Program-made: the position numbers and the translations under genes
The notes under the pieces: model-generated
The model's database searches: none
Told to the model about the DNA's origin: nothing
What the model saw: the letters and a program-made list of their open reading frames with translations, nothing else
Shown here: positions 32,025-44,437 of the stretch, piece after piece
Position numbering within the stretch: the first letter of the stretch is position 1
Layout of the letters: each line of letters opens with the position of its first letter
NCBI GenBank assembly: GCA_964016885.1
Contig: OZ024742.1
Coordinates: forward strand, 178,250,001-178,314,000
DNA length: 64,000 bases
Direction: 5' to 3'
Source: Eledone cirrhosa
Taxonomy: Eukaryota

Positions 32025-35000
32025 CTACAGGCTTATAAACAGAGAAGGCCCAATCATTCGGACCATTTTCGCTTCATTCACCCACCTTTCAGTAAATTTA
32101 CTGGGGTGCAGTGCCTCTCTCTCCACCCTGATTCTCCTTCTAAAGTGATACTTAAAGAAGGGAATAAATTGTTGTCCGGAGAGAAAGGCATCTGTCCTCA
32201 GTCCTCTCAACCTCTTCCACCATATAACTTCTTTCACCATAGCCACCGTACAGAGGAAAACCGCCTCTCTTTCGTTTTTGAAAGAGGCTGGCGGTTTGAT
32301 CCTTACTATGGACTCGGCAGTCAACTGTATTTGTCCCATACGCGACAGCAGTTGTTCTGCATAGTTCCACAGGTCGGTTACGCCCGGGCAGTGTACAATT
32401 GCGTGCAGGACTGTTTCAATGTCCTGCGCGCATCTTGGACACGTCCTCTTGGAAGGATCCCTGCCGGGGCGTCCGTACCTGTAGATCTTGTCACGAACCG
32501 GTAGAGCTCCTCGGTAGCACCGCCAGGGACTTGTGGAAGTTGTCCATAGGTCCCGGGCGGAAAGTCCTACCAAACAGACTGGTGAGCTCATCGTCTTCGA
32601 CCCCCAGAGTCTCTCCGAGCACGTCGTTGCCCTTGTAACGTACAATCCCTCTATAAAATGTCGAAGTGGAGTCTCCACTGATTGCTGCGCCCGCTTGCCA
32701 GAGGACTGTGAGCGCCTGAGCGCATTCAATGTGCCAGGCCCCCATCGTTTTCGGTCTTTTCTTGACCCAGGACTGCAGCTCCGTCAGCGAGACGAGCTGT
32801 GGGAAAGCCTGTCTCACAAACGGTGCCCACACCGGTTGGGGGTCGGTGAGGAATACCTGGAGATGCAGCACCCTCAGCGCATATTTGCGCATCATCAGCC
32901 ACGGCATTCCCAGCCCTCCGTTGGAAGGGTGCTGACAGCAGACGGATCTCCTCACCAGCGGAGCCTGCTTCTTCCACAGAAACTGGAAGAGCATGCGTTC
33001 CATCTTGGCGGGGTGTTCACGGGGACAAGGCACGACAGTCAAGCGGTAGTAGATGACGGACGCTATGAAAGTGTTCGCCACCTCCGCTCGACCTTTCAAG
33101 GACAGTTTGCACTCTCCCCACTTCTGGGTGAGTGCAAACACCTTGGCCGTGACCTCGTTCCAGTTTTTCTCCACCTGGAGGTCTGGACCGAACCAGACCC
33201 CGAGCAATTTCACCGGTCCGTCCAGCGTCAACAACGCTGTCGGACGTCATCGGTTTGCCTCTCAACGTACTGAGTTGCAAACCGACAGACTTGATCGGGT
33301 TTAGTTTTGCTCCCGTCAGCGTTTTGTATTCTTTCAGTAAGTTGCCGATCACCCCGATTTCCGAGATGCTCGACACCATTACCGTCACGTCATCGGCATA
33401 AGCCCGACGCCACTTTGCGCAGTCCCGCTTCTAGAGGGATGCCCTGCAACAGCTCCAATTTCCGCAGTAGTGGCTCTAGAGTCAATACATACAGAATGAA
33501 GGAGAGAGGGCACCCCTGTCGAATGGAACGCGTGATTGCGAACGGCTCCGATAGGTAGTCGTTCACCTTGACCCTCGAGCAGATGCTGGTGTACATCGCC
33601 TCGATCCATCCTCTGAACACGGGACCGAAACCGGCCGCCTTGAGAACCGCTTCCAAGTATCGAGTATCGATGGTCGACCCTATCGAATGCCTTAGACTGA
33701 TCCAAGTTGATCAGAGCCCCACCGAAGCCGGGTTTACTACCCACCCTCTCTATGATGTATCGCATGAGGTGGAGGATGTCGTGTATGGACCTGGTCGGGA
33801 TTGCACACGTTTGCGCTTTCCCTACCAGGTTCTCGACGACAAGCGCCAACCTCGTCGCTAGCACCTTGGCCAAAATCTTTAACTCTGTGTTGAGCAGAGT
33901 TATGGGCCTGAAGTTGTTAATTTCGTCCCCCTTGTTCTCGTCTTTCCTGATAGGCGTTACTACGCCCTTGCCTGCAGAACTGGGAATTCTCCCGTTCTGC
34001 TGCCAATTGCAGTAGACGGCTTCGAGGACGCCAGAGAACAAGTCCGGCATGCCTATGTAAAACTCGTAGGGTAGACCATCTAGACCGGGTGACTTGCGTT
34101 TCCCGCAGCGGCCCAGAGCGTCCCGTGTCTCAGTGTCCGTGATCGGTCTTTCGCAGAACTCGGCTTCCGTGTTCGAGAGACGCGGCAGGCTGTCGAGGTA
34201 TGAACTAAAGTCCATTGCCCCGTTCGGCTCACCGTCGTTCTGCTCAAACAGTCGCGCAAAGTGCCGCTGAAAGGCCGCACACATTTGCTTGGGGTCAAGT
34301 AGCACGCGTCCGTTTTGGTCTTTCAAAAACCGAATCGTGGACTTGTTGCCACTTTTTGCCTCCGCCACTCGGGCCCAGCTGACAGCTTTCGCTCCTTCGT
34401 TTCCTAGAGCACGTGTTTTGCTTCTGACCACGCAGCCTTCGTGTTTTGCATCGAAGAACTGGTCCAGTGCCGTTCTCGACGCTAACACTCTAGCCGCGTT
34501 GCCACTTCTAAGTGCCTCCTCTACCTTGGCTACTAGTTCTCTTTCTATTCTGTTTATCTCTAAGGCTAACTCTCTGCTATACCCTATCGATTCTATTCTA
34601 ATTGCTTTCTTGAGAGAGTACCACCATCTATTGTTGACGATGGCTCCCGTTAACTGTTGCTTGACTAGTCTACTTATCCGTTCACTGTAAGCTTTACGTG
34701 TCGGCAACGACACGTTCAGCTTCCAGTATCCGGGTCTCTGTCTATGTATTCTATCACGGTTGAGTAAGCAGACGACTGACTTGTGATCTGAATAGGCAAC
34801 CATGTGCATTCGTGGACAGCTTAACATCTCCTTGTCCCTTTCTCTAATGAAGAACCTATCTAAATACGATCTAGATGTCCCACTGCGGTTTGCCCACGTC
34901 CACTGTGGTGCAGTCGGGAAATCCAGTCGATACCTATCGGCCAGTTGTAATTGGCCGATTAAAGTTTTGAGGCTGTTGCACCCTGCTCTACTGGGACATG

Positions 35001-35439
35001 CTCCCACATAGTCCCATCGTGCATCTAGGATACCATTCCAGTCCCCCACTAAAAGTAAGGAGCGAGACGTTCCTAGAAAAGACTCTAGACGCTTAAAGAA
35101 GTCTGGCCGTGATTGCGATTTCCCGGTCGGGGCATAAACGGCCACCAGTCTGAAGGCTCCACCTCCAATACTGTTCACGCCTAGGACTACCTGTACTTGC
35201 TGTACTTCGACGTCCAGGTTCTTCCGAAACATGACAGCCACTCCACCTCCACCTCCTGGCTGACAGAGAGATGCGTAGATCTCAAAGTCGTCGAAGATAG
35301 GGGTTAGTTGCTGCCTGTTGTGGATCCTGGACTCGGTGATGGCTATCACATCCATACTGTGTGACCTAAGGTCGTTTAAAAGTTGGCCCTGTTTCCCTAG
35401 GCCACGCACATTCACGGTTCCAACTCATAAACTAGCCAT
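32025..35439 (-). pseudogene. Copy B ORF2 (APE-RT-CCHC), several frameshifts
   Basis: NVRGL, GDWN, SDHK, KSPGLDGL, DQSKAFDRVDH, SIRQGCPLS, YADD, CPRC..H...C. Confidence 0.92.
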
Positions 35440-35480
35440 GTTGGTGAAGAAAATTTGGAGAAAAAGGACGAAAGGTGCAC

Positions 35481-37371
35481 TTACCTTTTCGTTTCCTGGA
35501 GATCGGTTTGTTCAATCTCCATTTGGGTGCTGGATGGGATGTTGGGTGGGGGAGGGAAACATTTTAACAGGACGCGGTTGATGGGTTTGTGGCAGGGGTT
35601 GCCCACGTCCTGTGAAAATTTATTTTTTAGGTCATTATAGGTTTCCATAGAAACCCTTATAAGTTTAAGGTGTGGAGACGATTATGCCTTGACGAAAGTT
35701 TTGCCCTCCGTCTCCACCTTGGGGTTTTGGGAGATGACCTCCATCAAACTCTTGTTGTTTGTGTTGATGTATGCATATTGTTGTTTGTGTTTTTGTTGTG
35801 TTGTTTTAGTTTATTGTTCGTCCGGGAGTTTTCTTTTTATGGTGGGTGCTTGTGTTTGGGTGGTGTTGGTGCTGGTTTTGCTGATAGGGGGATGTTTGAC
35901 TGTGGTGTTGTTTGTGTCTGTGGTTGTGTGTTAGTGTTGGTGATTGAAGTTTTGGGGGTTTTGTGGTGTCTCTTTTTTTGTTTTTTAGATTTCCGCGGTT
36001 CTCCCTCTTCTTCACTTAAAGAAGGAGAAGCAGCTTCATCCGTCGAAGAATAATCATCGTCAGGTGTGTGGGGTAAGGGTATGGTGTGTGGTGGTGGTGT
36101 TTCGGTGTGTGTGTTTGTGGTAGTGTTTGATGGAGTGGGATGGAGTGTGGCTGTGTTATTCAGGGGTGTTGTCTCTGTTTTTTCTGTTGTTGTTGGTTGA
36201 GTGCCTGTTTGTTTTGGTGTGGTTGCTCGTTTCGTCTGTCGTTGTACTTGTGGTGGTGGTGGTTGTTTTGGTGTTGGTAATAATGTTTTTTAATGATGTT
36301 GTTGTTGTGTGTTTGTGGACAAGAGGCTTTTAGGTGTGCTGTGCTACCACAGCGAAAGCAATGAAATTTTCGTCCTTCTACCGAAATGTTTATTTTGTTG
36401 TTATTATCGATTACGAATCTTTCGGGTATTTTGGAGATTCTCTCCGGCTCCATTTGTAACAGAATCTCCAAATCTGTACCCGCCCACCTTTGTCGAATAG
36501 ATTTTCGTATCGAAAGAATCATATCAGTTTCTGGCTCTACGAAGCCAGCCAAGATCCACCAGATGTTAATGTTTGGAGGTATGTTTTTTATTTTTATTTT
36601 TTGTGTCCTTTTTCCCATGTATGTAGGGGAAAAGGTGTATGCTTTTGACACCATTGGTGTCACAGAGTGTTTTTGTGCGAGTGCCTCGCTTTTAAACAGT
36701 ACGGAAACACTTCCGTACTGTTTTCCTCGCTGGAGAAAATCGACATTTGCTAGAATTTCCTTGAAAGTATCTTCTATATCTGCTTTGTTAACAAATGTCG
36801 GCTTTCTTGTGGAATTTGACACAGTCCTAAAGGTGACTGATCTGCGAATTGTGTCTTCCTTTATTTCAAGGGGTGAGTTAATTCTAAACCCACCTCTTTC
36901 TTCGAAAGTTACAAATTTTTTCCCTTGCTGGAGCATATCTCTTGCGTTGGAGATATCAAGATTTATAAAATCTTGTTTTTTGTTCACTGTTTCAGCGAGG
37001 ACATTTTCTTTTTTTTGTGTGGTGTTGCTGTTGTTGTTGTTGTTATCGTTGTTAGCCTCGGTGTTAGAAATCTCAGTTCCTTGTCGAGGTGAAACATTAT
37101 GTGTAGATGTAGATGTAGAGTTGTTGATGTATTTTTCATGTGTATGTATGTTAATGGGTTTAATTCCTGTGTTTTCCTGTGTTATTGTTATTTTTCTCCA
37201 CTTCGACGGTAGAAATTTTAAAATCTTCAAGTGGTAATACTTTTTTTTTTCTTTGTTGACAGTCGTATCTATGGCGTCGTCCATAGTAGCAGAAGCAGAT
37301 ATAACGTTAATATCTGCCTCTTTCTCTCTCTTTTCTCTATTAACGTTCTCCAGCGTTCTTGTGTTGCTCAA
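35481..37371 (-). pseudogene. Copy B ORF1 (RRM-like + CCHC knuckle)
   Basis: 403-aa open stretch with CFRCGSTAHLKASC; C-terminal part disrupted. Confidence 0.75.
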
Positions 37372-37618
37372 GTGATTTAGTTTGTAAAATCTGATATTTT
37401 AAAACAAAGTTTTAAAATAAAATATTCGCCCCTACAGGGGCGAAAAATGAGATTACCACCCAGCTGACAATTCAGCTTGGGGGTTAATCTACAAAATGTT
37501 ATGTTTTTTCAAACAATTAGTTCGGTTTTTTGTATAGAAATTAACAAAAAAGCTTACCGGCGATGTTCCACGCGTCAGACAGGAAGAGAGATAGATAAAT
37601 AAATAGATAGATAGATAA

Positions 37619-37669
<51 letters not shown>

Positions 37670-40600
37670 TATTTCTTTTATTTGCCACTAGGGCATCAAA
37701 AGTGGGACAAGTACAAAGGGGGGAGTTTACACAAAAAGGCGTCCTCAATAAGGAGGAGGCAATAACAAAATATAAAAATAAAATAAGATATAACAAAAAA
37801 TAAAATTTTTAACAAAATCCTCAATAGAGAGGAGGCGCCTTGGGGGGTCGCACACACCCCCGAAAAAAGTGTGCAACCCTTCTCCTCAGGAGCACAGAGA
37901 AGGGGTGCTCCCTTGGTCTTTCATCTTCCTCACCTATAGTCTGATGTAGAGTGAAGGCCCATTCACACGGGCCATTCTCGCCACTTTCACCCATCTTTCA
38001 TAGAAACGGCTGGGGTGCAGCACCTCTCTCTCCATCCTGATCCTTCTTCCGAAATGATATCGGAAGAAACGGACCAGTTGTTGGCCAGAGAGAAAGGTGC
38101 CCGACCTCAGTCCTTTCAGACGCGTCCACCATACAACCTCTTTCGCCATGGCTATTACGCACAGAAACACCGCCTCTGCTTCATCTTTGAAGGGGGGAGG
38201 CGGCTTGATCATTACAATAGACTCGGTGGTCAACCGGATCGGTCCCACCCTTGACAGCAGTTGTTCGACATAGCCCCACAGATCGGCTACGCCCGAGCAG
38301 TGTACTAATGCGTGTGCAACGGTTTCCTCGTCGCACACGCATCTGGGACAGATCTTTTTGGCGGGGTCCCTACCCGGGCGCCCGTGTCTGTAGAGCCTTT
38401 CTCGAACGGGTAAAGCCCCTCGGTAGCACTGCCAGGCCAGGGACTTCTGGAAGTTGTCCATAGGTCCCGGGCTGAATGTCCTACCGAAAAGGCTGGCCAG
38501 TTCGTCCTCCTCCATGTCTAGGGCTTCTCCGAGGGCGTCGTCGCACCTGCTGCGTACCAGCCCTCTATAGAATGTTGCGGTGGAGTCTCCACTGATAACC
38601 GGATCCGCCTGCCAGAGGGCGGTGAGCGCCTGGGCACACTCAGTGTGCCAGGCGCCCAGTTTTCTCGGTCTTTGCTTGACCCAGGATTGCAGCTCGGTGA
38701 GTGAGACGAGTCTGGGAAAGGTTCGTCTCACAAACGAGGCCCACACCGGTTGTCCGGTGAGGAATACGTAGAGGTGCCGTAGCCTTAATGCGTGTTTACG
38801 CATCATTAGCCACGGCATCCCCAGCCCTCCTTTCGAAGGGTGTTGACAGCAGATGGATCTCCTCACCATAGGAGCCCGCCTCTTCCAAAGGAATTGGAAG
38901 AGCGCGCGCTCCATCTTGGTGAGGGTTTCCCTTGGGCAGGGCACTACGGTCAGGCGGTAGTAGATGACGGACGCTATGTAGGTGTTCGCCACCTCCGCCC
39001 GACCTTTCAGGGATAGTTTGCAACTGGCCCACTTCTGGGTCAGTGCAAACACTCTGTTCGTAACCTCCGCCCAGTTTTTCTCCACCTGGAGGTCCGGTCC
39101 GAACCAGACCCCGAGCAACTTCACCGGGCCCTCCGTCCAGCGTCCGACGACGCTATCGGAGGGCATCGGTCTGCCCCTCCACGTGCCGAGTTGCAAACCG
39201 ATCGACTTGTCCCGGTTCAGCTTAGCCCCTGTGAACTTTTCGTACTCCTCCAGTAAGGTGCCGACCGCCTCGATTTCGGAGGCCGTCGACACCATTACTG
39301 TCACGTCATCGGCGTAGGCCGACACCGCTTTCCGCAATCCCGGTTCCAAAGGGATGCCCTGCAACAACTCCAACTTCCGCAGTAGTGGCTCGAGAGTCAA
39401 TACATACAGAAGGGAGGAGAGAGGGCACCCTTGTCGGATGGACCGCGCGATTTTGAACGGCTCCGAGAGGTAGCCGTTCACCTTGACCCTAGAGCAGATG
39501 CGGCTGCTGTGCATAGCAGTGATCCAGCCCCTGAAAACGGGTCCGAAGCCTGCCGCCGCTAGCACCGCATCCAGGTAACCATGGTCGACCCTATCGAACG
39601 CCTTAGATTGATCCAAGTTGATCAGAGCCCCACCAAAGCCGGGTTCGTTCCCAACCCTCTCTATGATGTATCGCATGAGGTGGAGGTTGTCATGGATGGA
39701 CCTGGACGGGATAGCGCATGTCTGCGCATCTCCCACCAGGTTGCCCACGACAAGCGCCAACCTCTTTGCTAGCACCTTGGCCAAAATCTGTAACTCTGTA
39801 TTTAGCAGTGTTATGGGCCTGAAGTTACTTATTTCGTCCCCCTTGTTCTCGTCCTTCCTCACTAGCGTGACTACGCCCTTGGTCACAGTACAGGGAATTC
39901 TCCCGTTCTGTTGCCAGTTGCAGTAGACCGCCTCGAGGAGATCGGGGAACAAGTCCGGCATAGCTAGATATAATTCGTAAGGAAGACCATCGAGACCCGG
40001 GGATTTGCGTTTGCCGCATTGGCTCAGCACGTCCTCTATCTCAGCGGCCGAAATCGGCTCCTCGCAGGACTTCGCCTCCCTGTCCGAGAGGCGCGGCAGG
40101 CCGTCGAGGTATGGACCGAAGTCCACGTTCCCAACCGGCTCCCCGCCCCTCCCGAACAGTCGGGCAAAGTGCCTTTGAAAGGCCTCACACATCTGCTTAG
40201 GCTCAAGAATCGCCCGTCCATCCAGGTCTCGCAAAGACCGGATGGTGGATTTAGTTCCACTGTTGGCCTCTGTCACGCGGGCCCAGCTAACAGCTTTGGT
40301 CCCCTCGTTCCCTAGAGCACGTATTTTACTTCGGACAACGCAGCCTTCGTGCTTCGCGTCGAAAAACTGGCTCAAAGCCGTTCTCGACGCTAGCACTCTG
40401 GCCACGTCGCCGCTTCTAATTGCCTCTTCTACTCTATCTATTAGCTCCCTTTCCTTCCTATTCCTATCCGCAGCTAGACCCTTACTAAATTCTATCGAGA
40501 CTACTCTAATCTCTCTCTTTAGAGATACCCACCACCTGCTGTTGACGATCGCTCCAGTCAACCGTTCCTTAACTAACGTACTAATCCGATTCCTGTAGGC

Positions 40601-41395
40601 TCTACTTGCCGGCAAGGACAAGTTGAGCTTCCAGTAACCGGGGCCCTGTCTATGAGTTCTGTCAAGGTTGACCATGCAGGTCACTAATTTGTGGTCTGAA
40701 TAGCCAACAATGCGCATTTTTGGACAACTTAAAAAGTCCTTATCCTTAATTCTAACTAAGAACCTATCTAGGTACGACCTAGATGATCCGCTACGATTTG
40801 CCCAAGTCCAGGTTGGCGCAGTCGGAAAATCTAGTCGATATCTATCGGCCAGGTCAAATCGACCGATTAACCCTTTGAGGCTATTACACCCCTCTCTATC
40901 GGGGCAGGCCCCTACGTAGTCCCAGCGTGCATCTAGGATACCATTCCAGTCCCCCACTAATAGCAAGGAGCGGGACGTCCCTAGAAAAGTCTCCAGACGA
41001 TGGAAGAAGTCCGGCCGCATTGACCCGAAAGGGCCGTAGGCGGCTACCAACCTAAACGCTCCGCCTTTACCACTGCCAAGGTCCAGAACCACTAGTCGAC
41101 CCTCCGGGTCCAAATGTACCATCTGTGTTGCGAGACCCAGATGTTTTTGCAGCAGAACGACAACTCCACCCCCACCTCCAGGCTGACAGAGAGATGCGTG
41201 CATCTCAAAGTCATCAAAGGTGGGGGCCAGCTGTCGCACGTTGCTGATCCGGGCCTCGCAAATAACCATCACATCTATACGTTGTGACCTGAGGTCATTT
41301 AGAAGCATTGCTTGCTTCCAAGTTGAGCCCAGGCCACGCGCATTTAAACAGCCTACTCTTAGCATAGCCATGTTGGTGGTGAAGAGAAAAGGCAC
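37670..41395 (-). mobile_element. Tx1 copy C, ORF2-only, in (GATA)n
   Basis: 5' end lies 24 nt upstream of the ORF2 ATG. Confidence 0.93.
37934..41371 (-). CDS. Intact Tx1-type ORF2 polyprotein (1145 aa from the ATG at 41371): APE endonuclease, RT, CCHC finger
   Basis: LNARGL, CE, GDWN, SYLDR, SDH; KSPGLDG, FRPITLLN, DQSKAFD, RQGCPLS, YADD, LLG; CPRC..ETVAHALVHC; no stops. Confidence 0.95.
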   Translation of the reverse strand: MAMLRVGCLNARGLGSTWKQAMLLNDLRSQRIDVMVICEARISNVRQLAPTFDDFEMHASLCQPGGGGGVVVLLQKHLGLATQMVHLDPEGRLVVLDLGSGKGGAFRLVAAYGPFGSMRPDFFHRLETFLGTSRSLLLVGDWNGILDARWDYVGACPDREGCNSLKGLIGRFDLADRYRLDFPTAPTWTWANRSGSSRSYLDRFLVRIKDKDFLSCPKMRIVGYSDHKLVTCMVNLDRTHRQGPGYWKLNLSLPASRAYRNRISTLVKERLTGAIVNSRWWVSLKREIRVVSIEFSKGLAADRNRKERELIDRVEEAIRSGDVARVLASRTALSQFFDAKHEGCVVRSKIRALGNEGTKAVSWARVTEANSGTKSTIRSLRDLDGRAILEPKQMCEAFQRHFARLFGRGGEPVGNVDFGPYLDGLPRLSDREAKSCEEPISAAEIEDVLSQCGKRKSPGLDGLPYELYLAMPDLFPDLLEAVYCNWQQNGRIPCTVTKGVVTLVRKDENKGDEISNFRPITLLNTELQILAKVLAKRLALVVGNLVGDAQTCAIPSRSIHDNLHLMRYIIERVGNEPGFGGALINLDQSKAFDRVDHGYLDAVLAAAGFGPVFRGWITAMHSSRICSRVKVNGYLSEPFKIARSIRQGCPLSSLLYVLTLEPLLRKLELLQGIPLEPGLRKAVSAYADDVTVMVSTASEIEAVGTLLEEYEKFTGAKLNRDKSIGLQLGTWRGRPMPSDSVVGRWTEGPVKLLGVWFGPDLQVEKNWAEVTNRVFALTQKWASCKLSLKGRAEVANTYIASVIYYRLTVVPCPRETLTKMERALFQFLWKRRAPMVRRSICCQHPSKGGLGMPWLMMRKHALRLRHLYVFLTGQPVWASFVRRTFPRLVSLTELQSWVKQRPRKLGAWHTECAQALTALWQADPVISGDSTATFYRGLVRSRCDDALGEALDMEEDELASLFGRTFSPGPMDNFQKSLAWQCYRGALPVRERLYRHGRPGRDPAKKICPRCVCDEETVAHALVHCSGVADLWGYVEQLLSRVGPIRLTTESIVMIKPPPPFKDEAEAVFLCVIAMAKEVVWWTRLKGLRSGTFLSGQQLVRFFRYHFGRRIRMEREVLHPSRFYERWVKVARMARVNGPSLYIRL

Positions 41396-41438
<43 letters not shown>

Positions 41439-41439
<1 letters not shown>

Positions 41440-42286
41440 TTCTTTATTAGCCACAGGGGCACAAAAGAAGGGGACAAATACAAAGGGGGAAGTTTACATA
41501 CAATAAAAACGTGTAAAATGTTATCACAAATGGAATTTAAAAAGTTAGTCGATTTTCCCCAATAGAGGGAGACAGTTTATATAGGTAACACATACCCCCG
41601 AAAAAAAATGTGCAACCCTCATCTCCAGGAGTACGAAGAGTTTGTACTCCTTTCCTCTCCTCCTTCTTTTCCTCAACCTACAGGCTGATATAGAGAGAAG
41701 GCCCATTCACTCGGGCCATTCTCGCCACTTTCACCCACCTTTCATAAAACTTGCTGGGGTACAGCACCTCTCTCTCCATCCTGATTCTTCTTCCAAAGTG
41801 GTATTTGAAAAAAAGAATCAGTTGTTGGCCGGAGAGAAAGGTGTCTGACCTCAGCCCTTTCAACCTTGTCCACCATACAACCTCTTTCGCCATAGCTATC
41901 ACACAAAGGAAAACCGCCACTCCTTCGTTTTTGAAGGAGGGTGGCGGTTTGATCATGACAATGGACTCGGTGGTCAACTGGATTGGTCCCACCCGCGACA
42001 ATAGTCGTTCTACATAGCCCCACAGGTCAGTGACGCCCGGGCAGTGTATGAATGCGTGCGCGACGGTTTCTTCGTCTCGCACGCACCTCGGACAGATCTT
42101 TTTTGCAGGGTCCCTGCCCGGGCGCCCATGTCTGTAGAGCTTGTCTCGAACTGGTAGAGCTCCTCGGTAGCACTGCCAGGCCAAGGACTTTTGGAAGTTG
42201 TCCATCGGTCACGGGCGGAAGGTCCTACCGAACAGACTGGCCAGTTCATCTTCCTCTACGCCTAGAGTTTCACCGAGCGCGTCGTC

Positions 42287-42287
<1 letters not shown>
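41439..42287 (-). mobile_element. Tx1 copy D, 5'-truncated, in (GATA)n
   Basis: ORF2 C-terminus (41678-42287) with CPRC..H...C plus 3'UTR. Confidence 0.9.
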
Positions 42288-42343
<56 letters not shown>

Positions 42344-43447
42344 AATGCAATCTAATTTCTCTGCTGACCATTCAAACAAATTCTATCTAAATCAAATATT
42401 TCAGTTTGTTCTTACCTTTGGACTAAAGAGCAAGATCATTAATCAACATTAGATAGTTCGTTCCTTTATTGTGTAGAAGCTTCAAAGACCTTCGTTTTCA
42501 TAATATATCAACAGGAGGGTCAAAGATGTAACTAAGAGAAGAGAAAATAAGGAATTCTATGGGAAAATCACTATATTAAATTCAATTTCACCCATGGCCT
42601 CTTGGCTGCGTGTGAGCTCATTTCTCCAAGACCTAATATTCATCTTAATATTATATACTTCTTCCTGTGTCGATAAATAAAGTACCAGTACTGTACTGGT
42701 GTCGATTTAATCGACTTTCGCCTCAACCCAAATAGCCCGTTATTTCAAATACGGTTGAAGAAGACGGAGTAGAAGTTCAGATTTACCATCTAGTTTAACC
42801 GTTCTGTTACCATTTTTCTAACGAAAAACACTGCCTGTATTTTCAAATACTTTTGGAATATAAACAAGAATTTGGTGGGATTTAGTAATATAACTAGCTG
42901 TCTTATTATTAAGTTACTGTTTAGAGCATAACTTAACAAGAGATTCTTAAATAGAATTATGATGAAAGATATTGAGATACCTTTAAGCACTTTAAAACAA
43001 ACAGTTTTGTATGATAAAACCATGGGTGGTCAGATGGTTTAGTATGAAAAGAGTAAACAAACGAGGAGGGGTAATACGATCTAAGTATAGCAATAAAAGA
43101 TTTTAGAGACATCTTGTTAAAACAAGACAAAACGTTGTGGAAGTAATTACAAATTATTTATGATGTATATAAAGTCGGCTTTATTCATATACATCGTGAC
43201 ATTTCATTTGATTTAATAATAAATTATCTCGTAAAATATTCTATCACCATACTTAGCTCAAGCTACCTCCCACTGGTTTGTTAAACTTGGTGGATTCTAT
43301 ATCCATTTAATTTAAGCCAATTTTAATTTGATGTTCAATTACTCTGTTTCTTCTGTATCCAAATCAAGGCGGTTTTATGGCCACTTCCATTTCAAAACAT
43401 TCCTGGCGTTCCTCTCTTATTTTCTAAGTCTTATTTTTCTTTTCTTC

Positions 43448-43595
<148 letters not shown>

Positions 43596-43794
43596 CACAC
43601 ATATATCCTCACAGTATTTATGTTAAGAGTTGACTTATCTCTTCTTTCGTTTGTACCTACACCCATATATATGCTTTAGACATTGCCTGCCGTTTCGGCC
43701 CGATCACTGACCAGGAAATAAATGTAATTATGCATGCCTGAAAAAAAAAATACTATTTTCAAACCACTCTACTTCTGTTAAGAATTCAAACCTA

Positions 43795-44410
43795 GGTTAC
43801 CCATTCGATGGGTCGTGCGGCTGCTGTTATCGGCTTTTCGCAGCACTCCCCATCATTCATCGAGAGTCACGGCAGGCCACCGAGTGCGCTACCTTACTCC
43901 ACCCCGTCTCTCCCGGTAGTGCAAAGTGCTGGCAAAAATCCTGAAATCGATCAGGATCCATCTCGGGCCTTCAAAGTTCTAAGATTGGTTTTGTTGCCAC
44001 GCTGCGCCGCTGCCACTCGGGCCCATGGAACAGCTTTCGTTCTGTCGTTTCTTAGAGCACGCGCCTTAGCCCTGACAATGCAACATTCGTGTTTCGCATT
44101 GAAGAAATTGTAGTTATTGTTGTAGGCTTTGGCCGTTGCCGTTGTTGCGTGTACTGTTATTGCTGTTGACGACGGTGACTTTGTTGTCTGTAGTAGTGGT
44201 AGTGGTAACAGTGGTGTCGTTGGTGTTGGTGGAGGTGGTGACGATAATGTCGACATTAGAGTCAATGTAAGCGCAGGGGCGTATCTCCTCGATGTTTTAA
44301 CGCTTGTAAGCGTGAAAAATAACAAAAAAGTTTAAATATGTGGGCCTCTGAATGTTATGTAAACACGCAAAAATTAACAAAACTTACGGAGCGATACGCA
44401 CATGCGTCTT
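43795..44410 (-). mobile_element. Internally deleted Tx1 relic (5'UTR-like segment joined to the ORF2 EN-RT linker)
   Basis: FFNAKHECCIVRAKARALRN..KAVPWARVA matches the Tx1 linker; 44380-44410 resembles Tx1 5' ends (cttacggag..gcgtc). Confidence 0.7.
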
Positions 44411-44437
44411 CATTGACTCAACAACAAAAATGATAAT

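Larger units (their letters stand above)
31792..37577 (-). mobile_element. Tx1 copy B, full length, decayed, in (GATA)n
   Basis: ORF1 + ORF2; GATA tracts at both ends. Confidence 0.92.
31106..42342. repeat. (GATA)n tract split into five pieces (31106-31167, 31725-31791, 37590-37668, 41396-41438, 42288-42342) by four Tx1 copies
   Basis: Direct. Confidence 0.9.

Noticed and set aside
36386-37237. Long + strand ORFs opposite Tx1 ORFs (also 24982-25734, 32533-33273, 49670-50206)
   Set aside because: Antisense shadows from codon composition; not conserved between copies
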